Of a stretch of DNA of 64,000 bases, positions 49,031 to 62,720 are shown piece by piece (positions within the stretch are counted from its first letter, which is position 1; each line of letters opens with the position of its first letter). The notes below the pieces were generated by a model. The model searched no databases. It was not told the origin of the DNA and saw only the letters and a program-made list of their open reading frames with translations. The stretch is from Podarcis melisellensis. Lineage: Eukaryota. The stretch lies in the NCBI GenBank assembly GCA_964234715.1, contig OZ174278.1; one strand, 5' to 3'. The translations under genes were made by a program, and so were the position numbers.

Positions 49031-52000
49031 TAGGTCCATTGGCAGAACAACTCTGTGAGATGAGGCTGTCAGAACTTTAACAGACATCATGAGTGGCAAA
49101 TTATAACTCTTGAAGAACCTGTCATTATCAGTGGTGTGGTGACATTCCCCACAGCCACGTCCTCAAGGAGGGTCCAAATACAACAGAATGTTGTAAGAAA
49201 ACATCATTAAAAACAAAACACAAGCAACCAACAATAATGTTAAAACATAAGAAGTAGGAAAAACATTACCAGAGACACGGCAATAAAACACTGAGAAAAC
49301 AGCAGCATGATCAATATAGCATATCAATTAAAAGCCATTTGAAACAGGTGGGTTTTTAAAGCCTTAGTAAATCTTGTAGTTGACAGGTCCAGCTGCACAT
49401 GTCTTGGGAAGGAGTTCCATAAGGTAGAGACCACTGCTGAGAAGGTCTATAGCACCTACCAAGCTGATCTTAAAGGCAGGCGATGTGTTGGGGCTCCAGC
49501 ACCAGTCTTAAAGCATAGGCACCTTTGTATGAGTGCAGGTGGTCCCTCAAATAACCTGGCTCCAAAGCAGGTACGCACATCAGCTTCAGTGTGTTAAATA
49601 ATGCCCACTTTGGGCTTATCCACACTTAAAGCTCCATGTCCAAGCGCTCCTCCTACTCCAGAGCTTTCCCTGCAAAATCCCACTCTTTAAAGAGGAAACG
49701 GCAATTCAGGTTTTCCATGGGTTTCAGTTTGCTCCAATTCAGATTCAAAGAGCAGGTTTTCGCAGGGAAACCTCAGGAGAAGAAGAAGAAAAAGGCGGGG
49801 GGACTTGGACATGGAGCTCTAAAATGTTCGGAAAGGTAAGTGTGGATAAGTCCTTCGTTAGGATCAGCATGACTGCAATCCAATGCATAGTTTCTAGGGA
49901 GTGAGCTCCAGAGAATTCTTCTTGACAGGACAGCTTCAGCCTGGGAAGCATATTGAGCTTTAGCAAAAGATCTTCAGCCAGCTGAAATTCAACCTTTTTC
50001 ATCTTCCTTTAGAAGTGCAAACAATTTTGCAGATTTTAAGCTGCTAGCATGAAGTAGGCACTGCCTCAAAGAAAACAAGTGTTTGACCTCTGCTTGATTG
50101 TTTTCCTCATTATCTAACTTCTTCTGTATTAATCTACCACAAACTTGAGAGCCTCATTGTTACTTCACTAACTTGTCAAATCAAGTAAGCTTCATCAGCT
50201 ACCCTCGTTGACTATTAAACTTAAACATGTTCATGAATATGAACAAAAGCTTTCTGATTTGAAGCTTATTGTAACTGTGCATGTTTTTTAAAATTTAATC
50301 TCTGCCAAGTTTATTTGGTATCAGGTTTGGAGAAACAGCACAGCTTATCTATTACGTTACTGCAATTCATCCTTCTGTTCCCACTGCATAAGGTAACAAG
50401 TAGCTTCACTAAACATTGGGAAGACTTACTTAAATTTACCACTGAAATCAATAGGATTTTAAAGCAGTTTGGTTGGATCATGCCCCTGCCCACTCAAATA
50501 GACATTGCATGTTTAGGACTGTCAGATATACTAGATTGGGGATAGCAAATGGGGTGCCCTCCAGATAATGTTGGACTACAACTTCCATCAGCACCAACCA
50601 GTATGGCCAGTGGTCAGGGGTGATGGGAATTTTAGTCCAAAAGCATATGGGGATGGCAGAGGTTTCCTATTCCTAATCTAGAGAGATGTGAAGTGTTCTC
50701 TACTTTTCTATGGACCAAAGCATATCACAAACCATCAGACATCACATTTTAATCCATGAAGGTAAGGCTGAGATCGAGGGGGAAGCTTCCTTTTACTATT
50801 TTGATATGAAATAAGGGGAAATTGATATAGAGGAAGGGAGAAAGCAGATGTGGCATCAGCGCATACCTAAACATAGACAATTCCAATGCAATCAACTTTG
50901 TTCCCATGCCACCAACTCCTTTTGGTTGTTGTGAGCATGGCATGCAAGTTGGCTTAATGAGGTTCTGCAATAAGACCCAACATCCCATGCCATGGATTAT
51001 ATTGGCATAAAATACCAGTTTTTTTTAGCAAATGTTTTATCTAGTGCATTGCCCATTTGTTCATTCAGCCTATAACAATATGGATCCCTGGAGTCTTTTT
51101 CGGGGACCAGTATGGACAATTCCTCTTCCATAACTCATGTTTTGGATCTTATCCATCTATAAGAGGGAAGCTCCTTTGATGGTATGTTGGAACTTGTGAG
51201 CTAGTTTCTGTTGGGTTCCCTCCCTGTCCTGATTGCTTGCCTGGAACTCACAAAATTTGTTCTCCTACAGAAACATCCTACATGTATTTGGTCTTAGCCA
51301 TGCTTGTCTGTAAAGCTACCAAACTGCTGGAGTGAAAGAGAACTATTCGGTGACATTGTCTAGGCCCCCTATTTATATCTACGACAAGCCCAAAACAGGA
51401 AGGACACACAAGGCTTTTTTTTTTTTTTGGCTTGGAAGGAATCCACATCTATGAGCAACCACAGGGTTCTCTTTGTCTCCTTTCTCCTTCTGCTCTCTGA
51501 TTCATCCTTCCTGGCCACATACAGCTCTCATCTGCGCTACCCCAATCACATGATTTGCCATCTGGGCTTTTTTCCCAGCATGTAGAGGCAATTTTGCAAG
51601 AGTCTCATTTCCCTGATTTTTGGGAGAAGCGTCTTAACAGGGAAAAGGCTACAGAAATGACCGTCCTTACAGTCATACCACACTGCCCTGTGGCGAAGGG
51701 ATTAATGTTAACATCCAAAGGATTGTTTTTGACTTTTCTCTCTGTACTTCCCATCTGGAATGAAAAGATGTTAGTGACTTTGTGACTGACAGGCTGAACA
51801 ACAGTTTGCTGAATATATGCATCCTGATTCAGCTGCTTTTTATTCTTCATCTATCCCAAATTATTAAAAAAATGGATTTTGGATTGGATTAAAATTGACT
51901 TTGGAAGTTGGCTGTTTAAAAGATCTGGTTTTAGAAGACCTTGAACTTGATTAGAAATCTATTAATCTCCACTAGACAAACCATTGTTGTTCACTGGAAG

Positions 52001-52936
52001 TCAGTAAGAAGAACTCCTATTTCAGATTGCTATGTGTGTTTTTGGATGCTGGCCTGTTAAGGTCAACTCATGAATCATAGTAGAACTAAGGAAACACAAT
52101 ACGCAAATATTTTGTGGAGAAATGGAATCTGTTGTTCAGTCATTGGAATAACAAATGTCACAATCATGTGTATCCATATAATTTTTTCTCTCTTATTTTA
52201 AGCATTTTTTTCTCGGCTTTTCAACAGAAAAAAAGCTTGCACAGCAGTTTAGAATAAGCAATAGTAAGATAGTGTCTGGCCCTAGGGTTACAGTCTAAAA
52301 ATACACAACACAAAAGGAAAGGCGATTGGGAGGGAGAAAGAAAACAAAATCAGGCACAAGCTCTTATCCACAAAAGTTCTATAAGTGTTCTGTTTGGCGG
52401 GGGAGGAACCTGGCAATGGTCATTTGACCCCTAACCAATGGCAGAAGGCAGGGTACGCTATTCTACAACTCTATAGTCCCTGGGCATCTGCTGGAGCCAA
52501 GTTCTTTCTGGCGGGAAGGTAAAAGCAAACTCTTTGCAGCCCATCCCCCCCTAACCTGGCAGATGGGGCCTGGGTTGGTCTCCCCTTGCCATGATGTTCT
52601 TAAATTAATTACATTAATTCTTTTAAAATAACCTAATCTTTCCAAACAAATTTCCTTGTTCAGTACTTCTGCACTTGAATATTGTCGCTGGTACTCACCA
52701 ATGGCATTTTTACATTTGCAATCCTCCAGGACTCATAGCCAAACTCTTCTGAGCTTGGCTAAATCTCCATGCATCTTACTGGAGTTTCAGCCAGCAGTGC
52801 TATATCTCACTTCATATCCTTTTTGTGGGTTAAGTAAGGTTGTGCACACAGAACATTTTATTCTACAATCAATGGAGATGGAGTGCTTGGTGTGTTTTTT
52901 CTTCATTGTTCACACACAATCTAGATCTATTGCATA

Positions 52937-53140
52937 TACCTTGGGTTACAGACTCCACTAACCCAGAAATAGTACCTCAAGTTAAGAACTTTGCTTCAGG
53001 ATGAGAACAGAAATCGTGCTCTGGCGGCACGGCAGCAGCAGGAGGCCCCATTAGCTGAAGTGGTACTTCAGATTAAGAACAGTTTCAGGTTAAGAACGGA
53101 CCTCCGGAATGAATTAAGTACTTAACCCGAGGTACCACTG
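52937..53140. mobile_element. Tc1/mariner (Tigger-like) MITE
   Basis: Right TIR TTAACCCGAGGTACCACTG followed by TA; partial left TIR TACCTTGGGTTA. Confidence 0.75.
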
Positions 53141-54844
53141 TATATATTTGTTCCTAAAAAGCCCTTCCTGAGAAACTGCCCATTTGAAAACAGAGGCAGG
53201 GGGTCCTGGCAATGTGTGTCTGTGTGGAGGGGTGTATTTTCACCTGTCCAATGACATTGTGGGTATATACAAAGGTCACAATCATCACTTACATCTTCAC
53301 TCATCTAGACTATGTGCAGGGAGGAAAAAGTATGGACGACCTAACCAAGCGGATGGTTTTCAAATGCAGATCAAATAGCTACACCCATTGATGTAGACAG
53401 CAGGACCTAACCTCAGTCAAGATTGAGGGCAAGCATGAACAAATCCAGATTAAGGAAAACTTCATGTTTGTGCTATGAATGTGGTTAGTGTGTACACAAC
53501 CTATCTTTAGCATCTAATATATCCTTGCAAAGGAAAGTACTCTTTAAGTGGGGAATTATCCTGGCTTAGGTTCTTCTTTCTCGTTGTCAAAGTGTTGCGT
53601 ATTTTTGTATCACTTCCATTTCTCTTTGACAATGTTCAGCAGTTGGAAAGAGTTTTCATTTGGCCTCCCTGGGGGATATTCATGCACAGCTGGAAGTGCC
53701 CAGAAGGGCGAAACAGAGAGACAGCCAAGATAGTTATGATGTCCAAAATAGAAAGCAATTTACATGGACAATTAAGATGGAATCACCAGGGACCTGGGAG
53801 GAGGAGAACTTGGAAATTCTAAGTCTTTTTTTTTATTTGATAGGGTTTTTTTTTAAGGATGGTTTCACCTGAGACCAGGAAAAAAAAGAATGGGAAAATT
53901 GTAAAATGAAATTGTTTCTCTGTTTCGTTCATCAGAGCATTAGCCTACAACATAGTCAATGTGGTTACCTTCAAAACGACCCCACTTAGATCTCATGAGA
54001 GAGATAAAACTAGGTCATAACACACACCAGCTTTCAAACTACAGGTTCCCCCAAAGCACCATGGGCCCCTATACCATAGTTTACATTGTTAAAATAAGGC
54101 GTAATGGCTGTTTTTAAAGTGACATAATGCCTGCCCATCACACGGCATCTTCATTTTTAAAACTAAACGAACCCATTTCTTTTTCTCCACTCCTTATCCC
54201 CCCTTGTTGCTTGCCTCTCAAGTTTTCAAAAGTCTAGAAGAAGAAAAAACTGGGCCCAAAGCTGAATTAATTGATCCCCCTGAATCTTCTGAGGAATGTT
54301 CAGTTATATTTGATTATTTTTATTATTATTTAATTTATTATTATTTAAAGAGCTGAATAGTTTTAAACTGAAGTAACTGCGCCTCTGTTGGGAATTCATA
54401 TTGTAAATTAAATTTTATATCAATTTTGTAAAAGACAAAGATTAAAAATCATAAATAACAAACAGATGACAAAAATCACTGGAAAGGAAAGGAAAAGTAA
54501 ATAAAATATATAACATGAGCCTGAGTTTAGCCTGATCGTCCTGTCTCTGTTTGACAATTCCTTAGTATGCAGCATAAAGTTCCCAAGATACTAGCCATTC
54601 ATATAAAGTGTTTTAGCTATTAAGAGTTCCATAACTTACATAATTTGCTTAATTTCCATAAATTTACATAATTTGCTGAGTTATCTGGAGCATCACTTCC
54701 CACATTTATATATTTCTTGAAGTCAATCCAGACTGGATAAAAGGTGTGTTTACTTGATATCTTTCTGTGTAAGTAGCTTTTCTGACATGGCCAGAAACCA
54801 GAGTGGTATTCAACTTACTTAGAGCAGACCCATTGTCTCAGGTT

Positions 54845-55195
54845 AAGAACTTCTTAAGAGCTTTCTGGTCCAGCATCTCATCCTCACATTGGGCAATCAG
54901 ATGCCCTATGGGAAACCCACAAGAAGGACCCAAACACAGAGCACACACCCCCTCCCCGGTTTCCAGCAACTGATATCATTCCGTCTCTGAGCATGAAGGC
55001 AGAGAATAGCCGTCATGGCTAGCAGCCAATGATAGCCTTATCCTCTGTTAGTTTGTCTAATCATCTCCTTCCAAACTGATGGCCATCACTGCTTCCTTTG
55101 GGATTGAGTTCCACAGTCTTACTCTGCGCTGTGTTAAGAAGTACCATTCAACTTCATTGGATGCCCGCAGGTTCTAGTGTTATGCAAGAGGGAGA
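54845..55195 (-). mobile_element. Old CR1-like LINE 3' fragment
   Basis: GGTCCAGCATCT..GATGCC..GGGAAACCCAC..CATGGCTAGCAGCC..TTATCCTC..GTTCCACAG..AAGAAGTAC..GTTCTAGTGTTATG. Related pieces at ~13560-13760 and 31355-31590. Confidence 0.55.
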
Positions 55196-57443
55196 GAATT
55201 TACATCTGATAACCTCCCATCATTTCACTTCTTACTCACCTTTTCAGTCATTTCATTGGGCCTACTCAGAGTAAAACTTAGTTGAATATCACCCTTTGCC
55301 ATCTTAAAATAGCCACACAAGCAGCACGAACAGGTGTTCCCTCTTGCATCATGGCTTCTCTTTTCTCTCCTTCCCCTTATGCCCCCCAAATCTGCTCTTC
55401 AAAGTAGGGTATCCTGCAGAGTAGATGGGGGGGGGGTTAAAAGAGTCTGGAAAACTGATATGGAGAAACCAGAGGCCCTCAAGCAGGTGGACATAATTGG
55501 ATGTCGCCCAGTGTAATTAAAAATTAATTGCATTAATAAAACCTAATAACATTGTTGTGATATTGCCAGTAATCCCTATTGAAAACCCTTTTGGTATATA
55601 CAGTGGGTATTATTTTTATGTCTACAATAGAGCTGCATTATTTCTACTAGCTTGATATTTTTTATAATCATAGTTTCCACAATGTTCACATTTTGTGTTT
55701 TTATAGTATAGTGTCTTTTGCAATAGGAATACAGGAAGCTGCCTTCGACCATTCTTCCATTTAGCTCAGAATTGTTTACACTGACTGGCATGGGCTCTCC
55801 AGAATTTCAAACCAGGATAGCTCACAGCCCTTCCTGGGAATGCGGGATTTGAACCTGGAACCTGCTATGGTGACATCCAACTGATGCTCTACCACCAAGC
55901 TATGGCCTTTTCCTATGTAACTTGTTGGTGAATTTTAAGCCAGTAATGTCAAGAATCCTGTTGCTAAAGTTAGTATTTTAACAGCTTTTTAATTCTAAAA
56001 CAAACCCAGAAATACAGCAGAATTCAGGGTGTGGGAGAGTCAAATGTGAGGAAATGCGGTTGGATTTTCCCAAGCAAATCTGAGCTGTGAAAACTGCTTG
56101 AGAATGTCACCTCGTCCAAATTTCTGTGGCTTGGTTAACCGGCAATTTCTGACACGATGCATCTCCCAACCCTTCCATAACTTCTAATGCAGATTGTAGC
56201 CCTAACCATTCCTTTATAGTGAATGTGTGCAGGTTCAAAGCAAGAGGGGCACATCTCCAATGTGCTAGCTCCACTTACAACCATTGCATCTAGATGCAAA
56301 GGTCTGAAGGAAGGCTGAAACTGCAACCTGCTAAACTCACTTAGAAACCTTACTAGGATGAGGGAGTTCCATTGGGCAGCAAAAACTTTCTGCATTAACA
56401 GAACTGCTTAGCAGGATACAGCCCAATGTACATACACTTTGGTTTATCCCTCCTCTAATTTTCAACTAAATCAATTTTGTTGCATTCCTGAGGCTCCATA
56501 CAGTCCCAGACATGTACCTTGACTGTTTTTTGGCCCTTTCCACTTCCAACCAAATCAATAGCATCACTGCTGCATGTACAGTCCACGTTTTTATGACTCC
56601 CATTCATTTTTGTAAAGCTTCTACAGGAGACATTCTCAATGGATGCATCAGCCCTAAGTAATGTCACATTTTGTACAATAAATGCTCAAGTGTCTGCCTC
56701 TCACTGCCTTCCCTGCGACACGGATGCCCAGGAGGGAACGGCCAGTTATTCATGTAAACATAAAGTTGTTCAGTTCCCTTTGTTTTAATTGCCAGTGTTT
56801 GACAAAAAGCTTTTAGGTTACCTGTTTCCTGGTTATAGAAGGCGGCCTGATATGTTGTTTATAAGCTGAAGTGAGGAAAGTGAGTTAAACTGCATTAACC
56901 TTTAAAGCTTCCATTAAGGAATAGCCACTTTAGGAAGGCACAATACTGTACATTTTTTATCATGACTTATTTTTATCCTTGCTTCACAACCATAGCTCAG
57001 TGGTAGAGCTCTGGGGATGAACAAATTGGTCTGTTTTGAATGTATTCACTTTTAAGTCAGTTCCCTTCCTGTTTCCACATTCATCTGTGTTTTTTTTTAT
57101 TTTAAAAAATCTGAAGAAAATGTGCATGTAAATATGTTCTCAAGCATGAATGCCTAAACGTATTTCCTCTCAAAATACTCATTTGATAAGCATGTTAATA
57201 TGGTTTTGAGCAAAGCACACAGACACACACGCACACAACAAGCTCTGCATCGCAGCATTCAGCAAATGTTTTTTATACTGTAAATTGACCTGTGATCTTC
57301 AGGTGAAGGGCACTATACAAATTAAATAAACAAATAAAAATAAAATGTGAAATCTAATGGAGACCGTATTCCCCTCATAAAGCTGTAATTCCAAGAGTTC
57401 CCTCTGAAGAGGACTTGGTTGTTAAGCTCTGAGATGGGAATAG

Positions 57444-57805
57444 CATACCCTACAACATTTCTCTGATGAAAATAGGGACGTCCCATTCCATAATGATAAT
57501 TTTGCCATTTATATCCCACACATATTACTGGGTTGCCCCAGCCACTCTGTGCATCTTCCAAAATATATGAAAACATAAGTAAACATTAAACATGTTTTTA
57601 AAAAACTTCCCTATACAGGATTGCCTTCAGATGGCTCAGGGGTCAGATAACTTCATACCCTCCAACATTCCACCAATGAAAATAGGGACATCCTAAGGGA
57701 AAATGGTACATTCAGCATTAAATCAGAATTAGGGATGTCCCTGGAAAATAGGGATACTTGGAATGTGACATGCCTATTTTCATCAGAGAAACGTTGGAAG
57801 GTATG
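57444..57805. mobile_element. Composite hAT-like MITE containing an L2 3' fragment
   Basis: CATACCCT.CAACATT..GAAAATAGGGAC at 57444 and 57654, inverted counterpart ending GTTGGAAGGTATG at 57805, L2 3' piece at ~57500-57630. Confidence 0.55.
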
Positions 57806-58321
57806 AAATAAGTATTGTTGCTAAGCTATGAGACTAAAACAGGAAGGCACTCTTGCAGACATTTCTCCATTTGTAGATATAAGCATAATTTGCTCATATC
57901 TCCTCGACAGCAATGCTGTCTGGTGTGTGCTGAATAGAAAGAAGCTGAGCTAATTTGGAGGCATGGCTAGTAGAAATAGGCTTTAGAATTATTCCCTTCC
58001 TTACATGGCCTTCTGCCAGCTGATTCCATTCCATATCCAGGTGCAAGCTTCTAAACAAATCTAGATTTGTCTGGGTTTCAGAGCTTTTGTGTGTGGGTGT
58101 AGGGCTTCCGTTTCCAGACTGTGTAGCCATCCCTTTTTCTGCTCAGGTTAAATGCCTGTAAAATGTGAACATCAGCTCCTAGAAGTACAGATTCTTGGTT
58201 GCCCCATCATCATGAGATATGTCCCATAATTCAACCAACAATTTGTCCATGCATCCAATACACTCAAGAAAACAATGGATATTCAGAATAGAAGAAAATC
58301 TCCACAGTAGAGCCATGAATT

Positions 58322-58876
58322 GTTGTTTAGTCGTCTAGTCGTGTCCGACTCTTCGTGACCCCATGGACCAGAGCACGCCAGGCACTCCTGTCTTCCACTG
58401 CCTCCCGCAGTTTGGTCAAACTCATGCTGGTAGCTTCAAGAACACTATCCAACCATCTTGTCCTCTGTCGTCCCCTTCTCCTTGTGCCCTCCAACCATCT
58501 TGTCCTCTGTCGTCCCCTTCTCCTTGTGCCCTCCATCTTTCCCAACATAGGGTCTTTCCCAGAGAGTCTTCTCTTCTCATGAGGTGGCCAAAGTATTGGA
58601 GTCTCAGCTTCAGGATCTGTCCTTCCAGTGAGCACTCAGGGCTGATTTCCTTAAGAATGGATAGGTTTGATCTTCTTGCAGTCCGTGGGACTCTCAAGAG
58701 TCTCCTCCAGCACCATAATTCAAAAGCATCAATTCTTTGGTGATCAGCCTTCTTTATGGTCCAGCTCTCACTTCCATACATCACTACTGGGAAAATCATA
58801 GCTTTAAATATACGGACCTTTGTTGGCAAGGTGATGCCTCTGCTTTTTAAGATGCTGTCTAGGTTTGTCATTGCTT
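58322..58876 (-). mobile_element. BovB LINE 3' fragment
   Basis: KAMTNLDSILKSR.ITLPTKVRI.KAM.FPVVMYG.ESWTIKKA..RIDAFELWCWRRLLRVP. 14-bp TSD TAGAGCCATGAATT (58308-58321, 58877-58890). Confidence 0.93.
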
Positions 58877-61061
58877 TAGAGCCATGAATTAGGCCACATA
58901 TATTAGGCACAAGATGTCTCTGACTGAATGTCAACTTTGTGTTCTTAAAGGCAATGTCTGTAGTGAATTCTTGGCCAATAAAGGGGTATTTTAAAATGAT
59001 GAGCTTATTAGAGTTTGCAATAAGGGTACATAATACCAAGTTGGACAAAGTGACTGGAGTGTATTTAGATAAAATCTTGCTTTGCAAAGAAATATTCAAA
59101 AGTAGGAAGGTAGCTTTGAATGCAATGTAACCCTTCTATCTGTTCAGGTGTTTCAAAACGGAAGAGAAAAATGGAAGAGATGGAAGACTGAGATCTCACA
59201 GAGGTATTTATTTGAGGAAATGTTCAAATAATGCTGTATGTTAAGCACAGATTTAGTGCAGGTTTTAACCCAAGCTATAAAAGTGCTAACTGAAATCAAT
59301 GGTAGCAGCTTGTCCGTTCACAAAATGCTTATAGAAAAGGCACCCAAACCCCTAGAATTTTCAAAAGGGTTGATAATTCACCGCCTTAAGAACATTTTTA
59401 GAGCATGGATACAATCATTTCACAGACAACTGGTGCTGCCCTTTGCAATGATTTTAGAAATACTCTTTTTTCCTGTCATTCCATAAATTGTATGGAAGGT
59501 TCATAACCAAAATAAAATGAATACAAAGGAGAAGCCCCCACCTACAATCCCAGTTGCATCTTGGCTACACACATAGAGTCATTTTCCAGGGACCTAGGCC
59601 ATATGTAGATTTGGGTACATACACATAGGCTGTGTACACAAATGTCAAGGCCTGAGCCAACCTGATGTCAGCAACAAAAACAAAAACACAAGTTTCTGTG
59701 TTAATGCTTTTTAACTCTGCTATGTTTTTAGCTCTGCTAAACTCGCCACCGATCTTACTCAAAGGATAATAAATAAATACGGTAATATATCCTACCCCAC
59801 CTTCCAAATCAACCCCAACTAATATTGCATTAGGGGCTTCTTTCTGGCCACGAGACAATTTCTGCTGGCATTTTTATTTTCTTCAGAATTCTCCAACATC
59901 TCTATCTGCTACTGAGCTGCAATCTTCACTGGGAGTTCCCTGACCCTATAAAAGATCAATCTTCCTACCCAAGTCTACGCAATATGGTGATCCTTCTTGG
60001 CTGCAGACTGCCCTGCCATGAACTGGCTAGCTCAGCCACAACATGGATGGGCTTCAGATGAATTATATAGGGGAAAGATAGTTTCAATTCATGTATTATC
60101 TTGTGATCTGGTAATGGAATGTGCCTGTTTTGAGGCTGGAAAGAAGTTGGTGCTTGGTTACCTTGGTGATGAGTGATAAAAGACTAGCAAGCTTTAGTTT
60201 ATTTTTTTTAATGAAGTGCTGCAGAGTAAAGGTGAATGTTAATGCTGCATTTTGTGCCAAAAGCAATTATGAATTGTATAAATTGACACTGTTCTTTGGC
60301 ATGAAATGTAAAATATTAGTCTAAAGGATCACACAGTATTTTTCTTACAGGCTAAGCCCTAACTGTGTTACCATTTTCTTGCTCATTGAAAGCAAAAATC
60401 CCCCTGTACCTTGGAGTGTAAATATTCAGAGAGTGCCGTACTTGGCTTTCCGTGAGCCTTTTTTTCCAGCGAGTCTTTCTTTCAGCTTTTTCCAGCTCTA
60501 TATGATGAAGACTTATAGTTGCATTTGGGGGCAGGGAGAGGGAGGCAGGAACACCTATCTGGAAATGTAAGATAGTTTTGTTACAGTGATCAGCCTTGCA
60601 GAGACCAGGAACTGCCTCCTTAATGCCAGAAAGCTGTCAAATCCTTGCATCTCTCATACCACACATAGGGTGCGAAAGGGAGCTCTCATCCATGCCCAAG
60701 GGCATCCTGGGGGCCCCTGTGCTACAGAAAAAGATCTCATAGAAGGACAGAGGAGTCCCTGTGAAATGGCATTTCGTGAAGCCCAGGGGGCTGCGTTCTC
60801 AAAGGTAAATTACATTATTCCTCTCTATTATATGGTCTCATCATTAAGAACAAAAGAAGATCCCTGCTGTCTCAGGCCAAAGGAACATCTACTCCTGCAC
60901 TCTGTTCTCGCTGTGGTCAACCAGATGTCTCTGGGAAGACCACTAGCAGAATGTGAACTCAATGGTGTTCTCCCCACCTGACATTTGGAGCCACTGGTAT
61001 GCAGAGGCATGCAGCTTCTGAAATGGCTAAGGAAAAACAAGATGGAGGCAATGTAGGTAAG

Positions 61062-61350
61062 CAGGGCCGTCTTTACCCAGGGGTGCAAGGGGTGCGGGGT
61101 GCCAAATGTATACCTCTCGATCAGCAGCAGTGAAAAGCGATGGAGCAAAAGTCCCTGCCCCCCCTGTCGCTCTGTTACTCTGTAGCGTCAAATATTTCTG
61201 ACATGTCAGGAAACAAAAGCAGTCCCCCCCCCCCGCTGTGTCATTGATACAGGTGAGCGACTGCCCCCTCCCAAAAAACTCAATAAAAGAATTTGGGGGC
61301 AGCTAAACTAAATTTGGGGGTGCTGGGCGGATCTTTGCACCCTGATGCAC
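61062..61350. mobile_element. hAT-like non-autonomous fragment
   Basis: Starts CAGGGCCGTCTTTACC; internal inverted GGGTGCAA / TTGCACCC. Confidence 0.4.
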
Positions 61351-61659
61351 ATATGCTCAACATAACAAATTATTAATCAATTTAATCAATTACATTATTT
61401 TCTCCCTTCCCCCAATCCCTCCTTCTCCCTCCCACCAAAGACTGCCCTCAGCTCCCCTCTCTGATTTCTTTGCACATATTGCTCTCTGCATATTATAAAA
61501 TTGTACATATCTTTATCAATCATATGTTCACCTAATAAATTTCTGGGTGTTTCTTCAAAACCTGCCAAGGTGTCCAGTCCATTTTGTTGTCTTTTTAGAT
61601 AATTTGTAAAAAAGCTCCCATTCTTCCTTAAAGTCACAGTTGTCCTGAGAAATTGGTCA

Positions 61660-62720
61660 TTTGTCTACCCTGAATGGTGTTGCACTCCTCCTGAAGGGGC
61701 AGGTTCACAGCCTGTACGTGCATCTGGATCCAGCTGTGTCATTGAGGCTTAGGTAGCTTCAATGGCTAGAAGTGCTTTTTACCAACTGCATTGGGCTCAA
61801 CAGGTTTGGGCATTCCTGGACCAGTAAAGCAGTTTATGTGTGGGTTACTTTGAGAATGGATTACTCAAGTCTATGTGGGGCTTCCCTCGCACTTGATCTG
61901 GAAGCGGCAGTTAGTGCAGAATGCTGCGATGCAATTGCTGGCAGGAGGGAGGCCTTGCCCACATAGAACACCTGTGGCCAGAGATCTGTGATGGTTGCCG
62001 GGTTGTTAACAGTCCAAGGTGTTACTAGCAGCATATAAAGAGCCCTTAAAAACTTAGGACCAGTTTACATACAAAATCACCTTACCACAGATGTCCCCAC
62101 TTGACCACTTCGTTCGGTGGAATTAACACAACAACAGGTACCACATAATACCCATTCTGCATCTGTATGAACACCATCATTTTAGTGTGGCAGTGCCTGA
62201 ACTTTGAGTTAAGTTGTGGCCGAACATATCAGACGACACAGCGATTCTTCAAACAGCTCTTGTTTATTCAGAGGCCAGAACAGAACTGAACTGAAGAGCT
62301 CAGTCAGCCTGCTTATATAGAGCTCCAGAACAACGTAACTGTAGCAACTTTCTAAAACTATCCAATCACTGAACGTCACTTTCGATCCTTCATTTGCATA
62401 ACTATCTACAGTATCCCCCTGCTGGCCCAGGGTGAGAACTTCAGTACATAACACTTTGGAACTCCCTTTCTATTGAGATCAAGCAGGCGTCTTCCCTGTG
62501 CTCTTTTTGGTGCCTGCTAAAAACATTCCTGTTTAGATAGCCCTAGCCAGATTAATTTAGAAGGTTAATCTGTTTTAATATTTTAACTTTTGTGTGTTGT
62601 AAGGTACGGCTCTGATTTTTTACTTTATTTTACTGATTCCTCTCTTTTTAAACTGCTTTGAGTTCTGTTTTGTTTTTACAATCAAGCAGCACACAATTTT
62701 TAATGAAATAAATAAATAAT
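61660..62720 (+). mobile_element. Degenerate L2 LINE 3' region, interrupted by a solo LTR
   Basis: GTTGCACTCC..TGAAG..GCAGGTT..; AGTTAGTGCAGAATGCTGC (LVQNAA); CTTTGGAACTCCCT; (AATA)n tail at ~62707-62720. Confidence 0.65.
62207..62453 (-). mobile_element. Short solo LTR, 247 bp
   Basis: 5-bp TSD CTTTG. Minus strand TGTTATGT...TTAACT with octamer, ATTGG, TATATAAG and AATAAA in order. Confidence 0.8.

Noticed and set aside
58422-59099. 225-aa ORF as a gene
   Set aside because: Chance fusion of flanking DNA with a truncated, frameshifted BovB ORF.
60587-60804. Possible exon within the 131-aa ORF
   Set aside because: Moderate splice signals and no homology recognised; support is insufficient.
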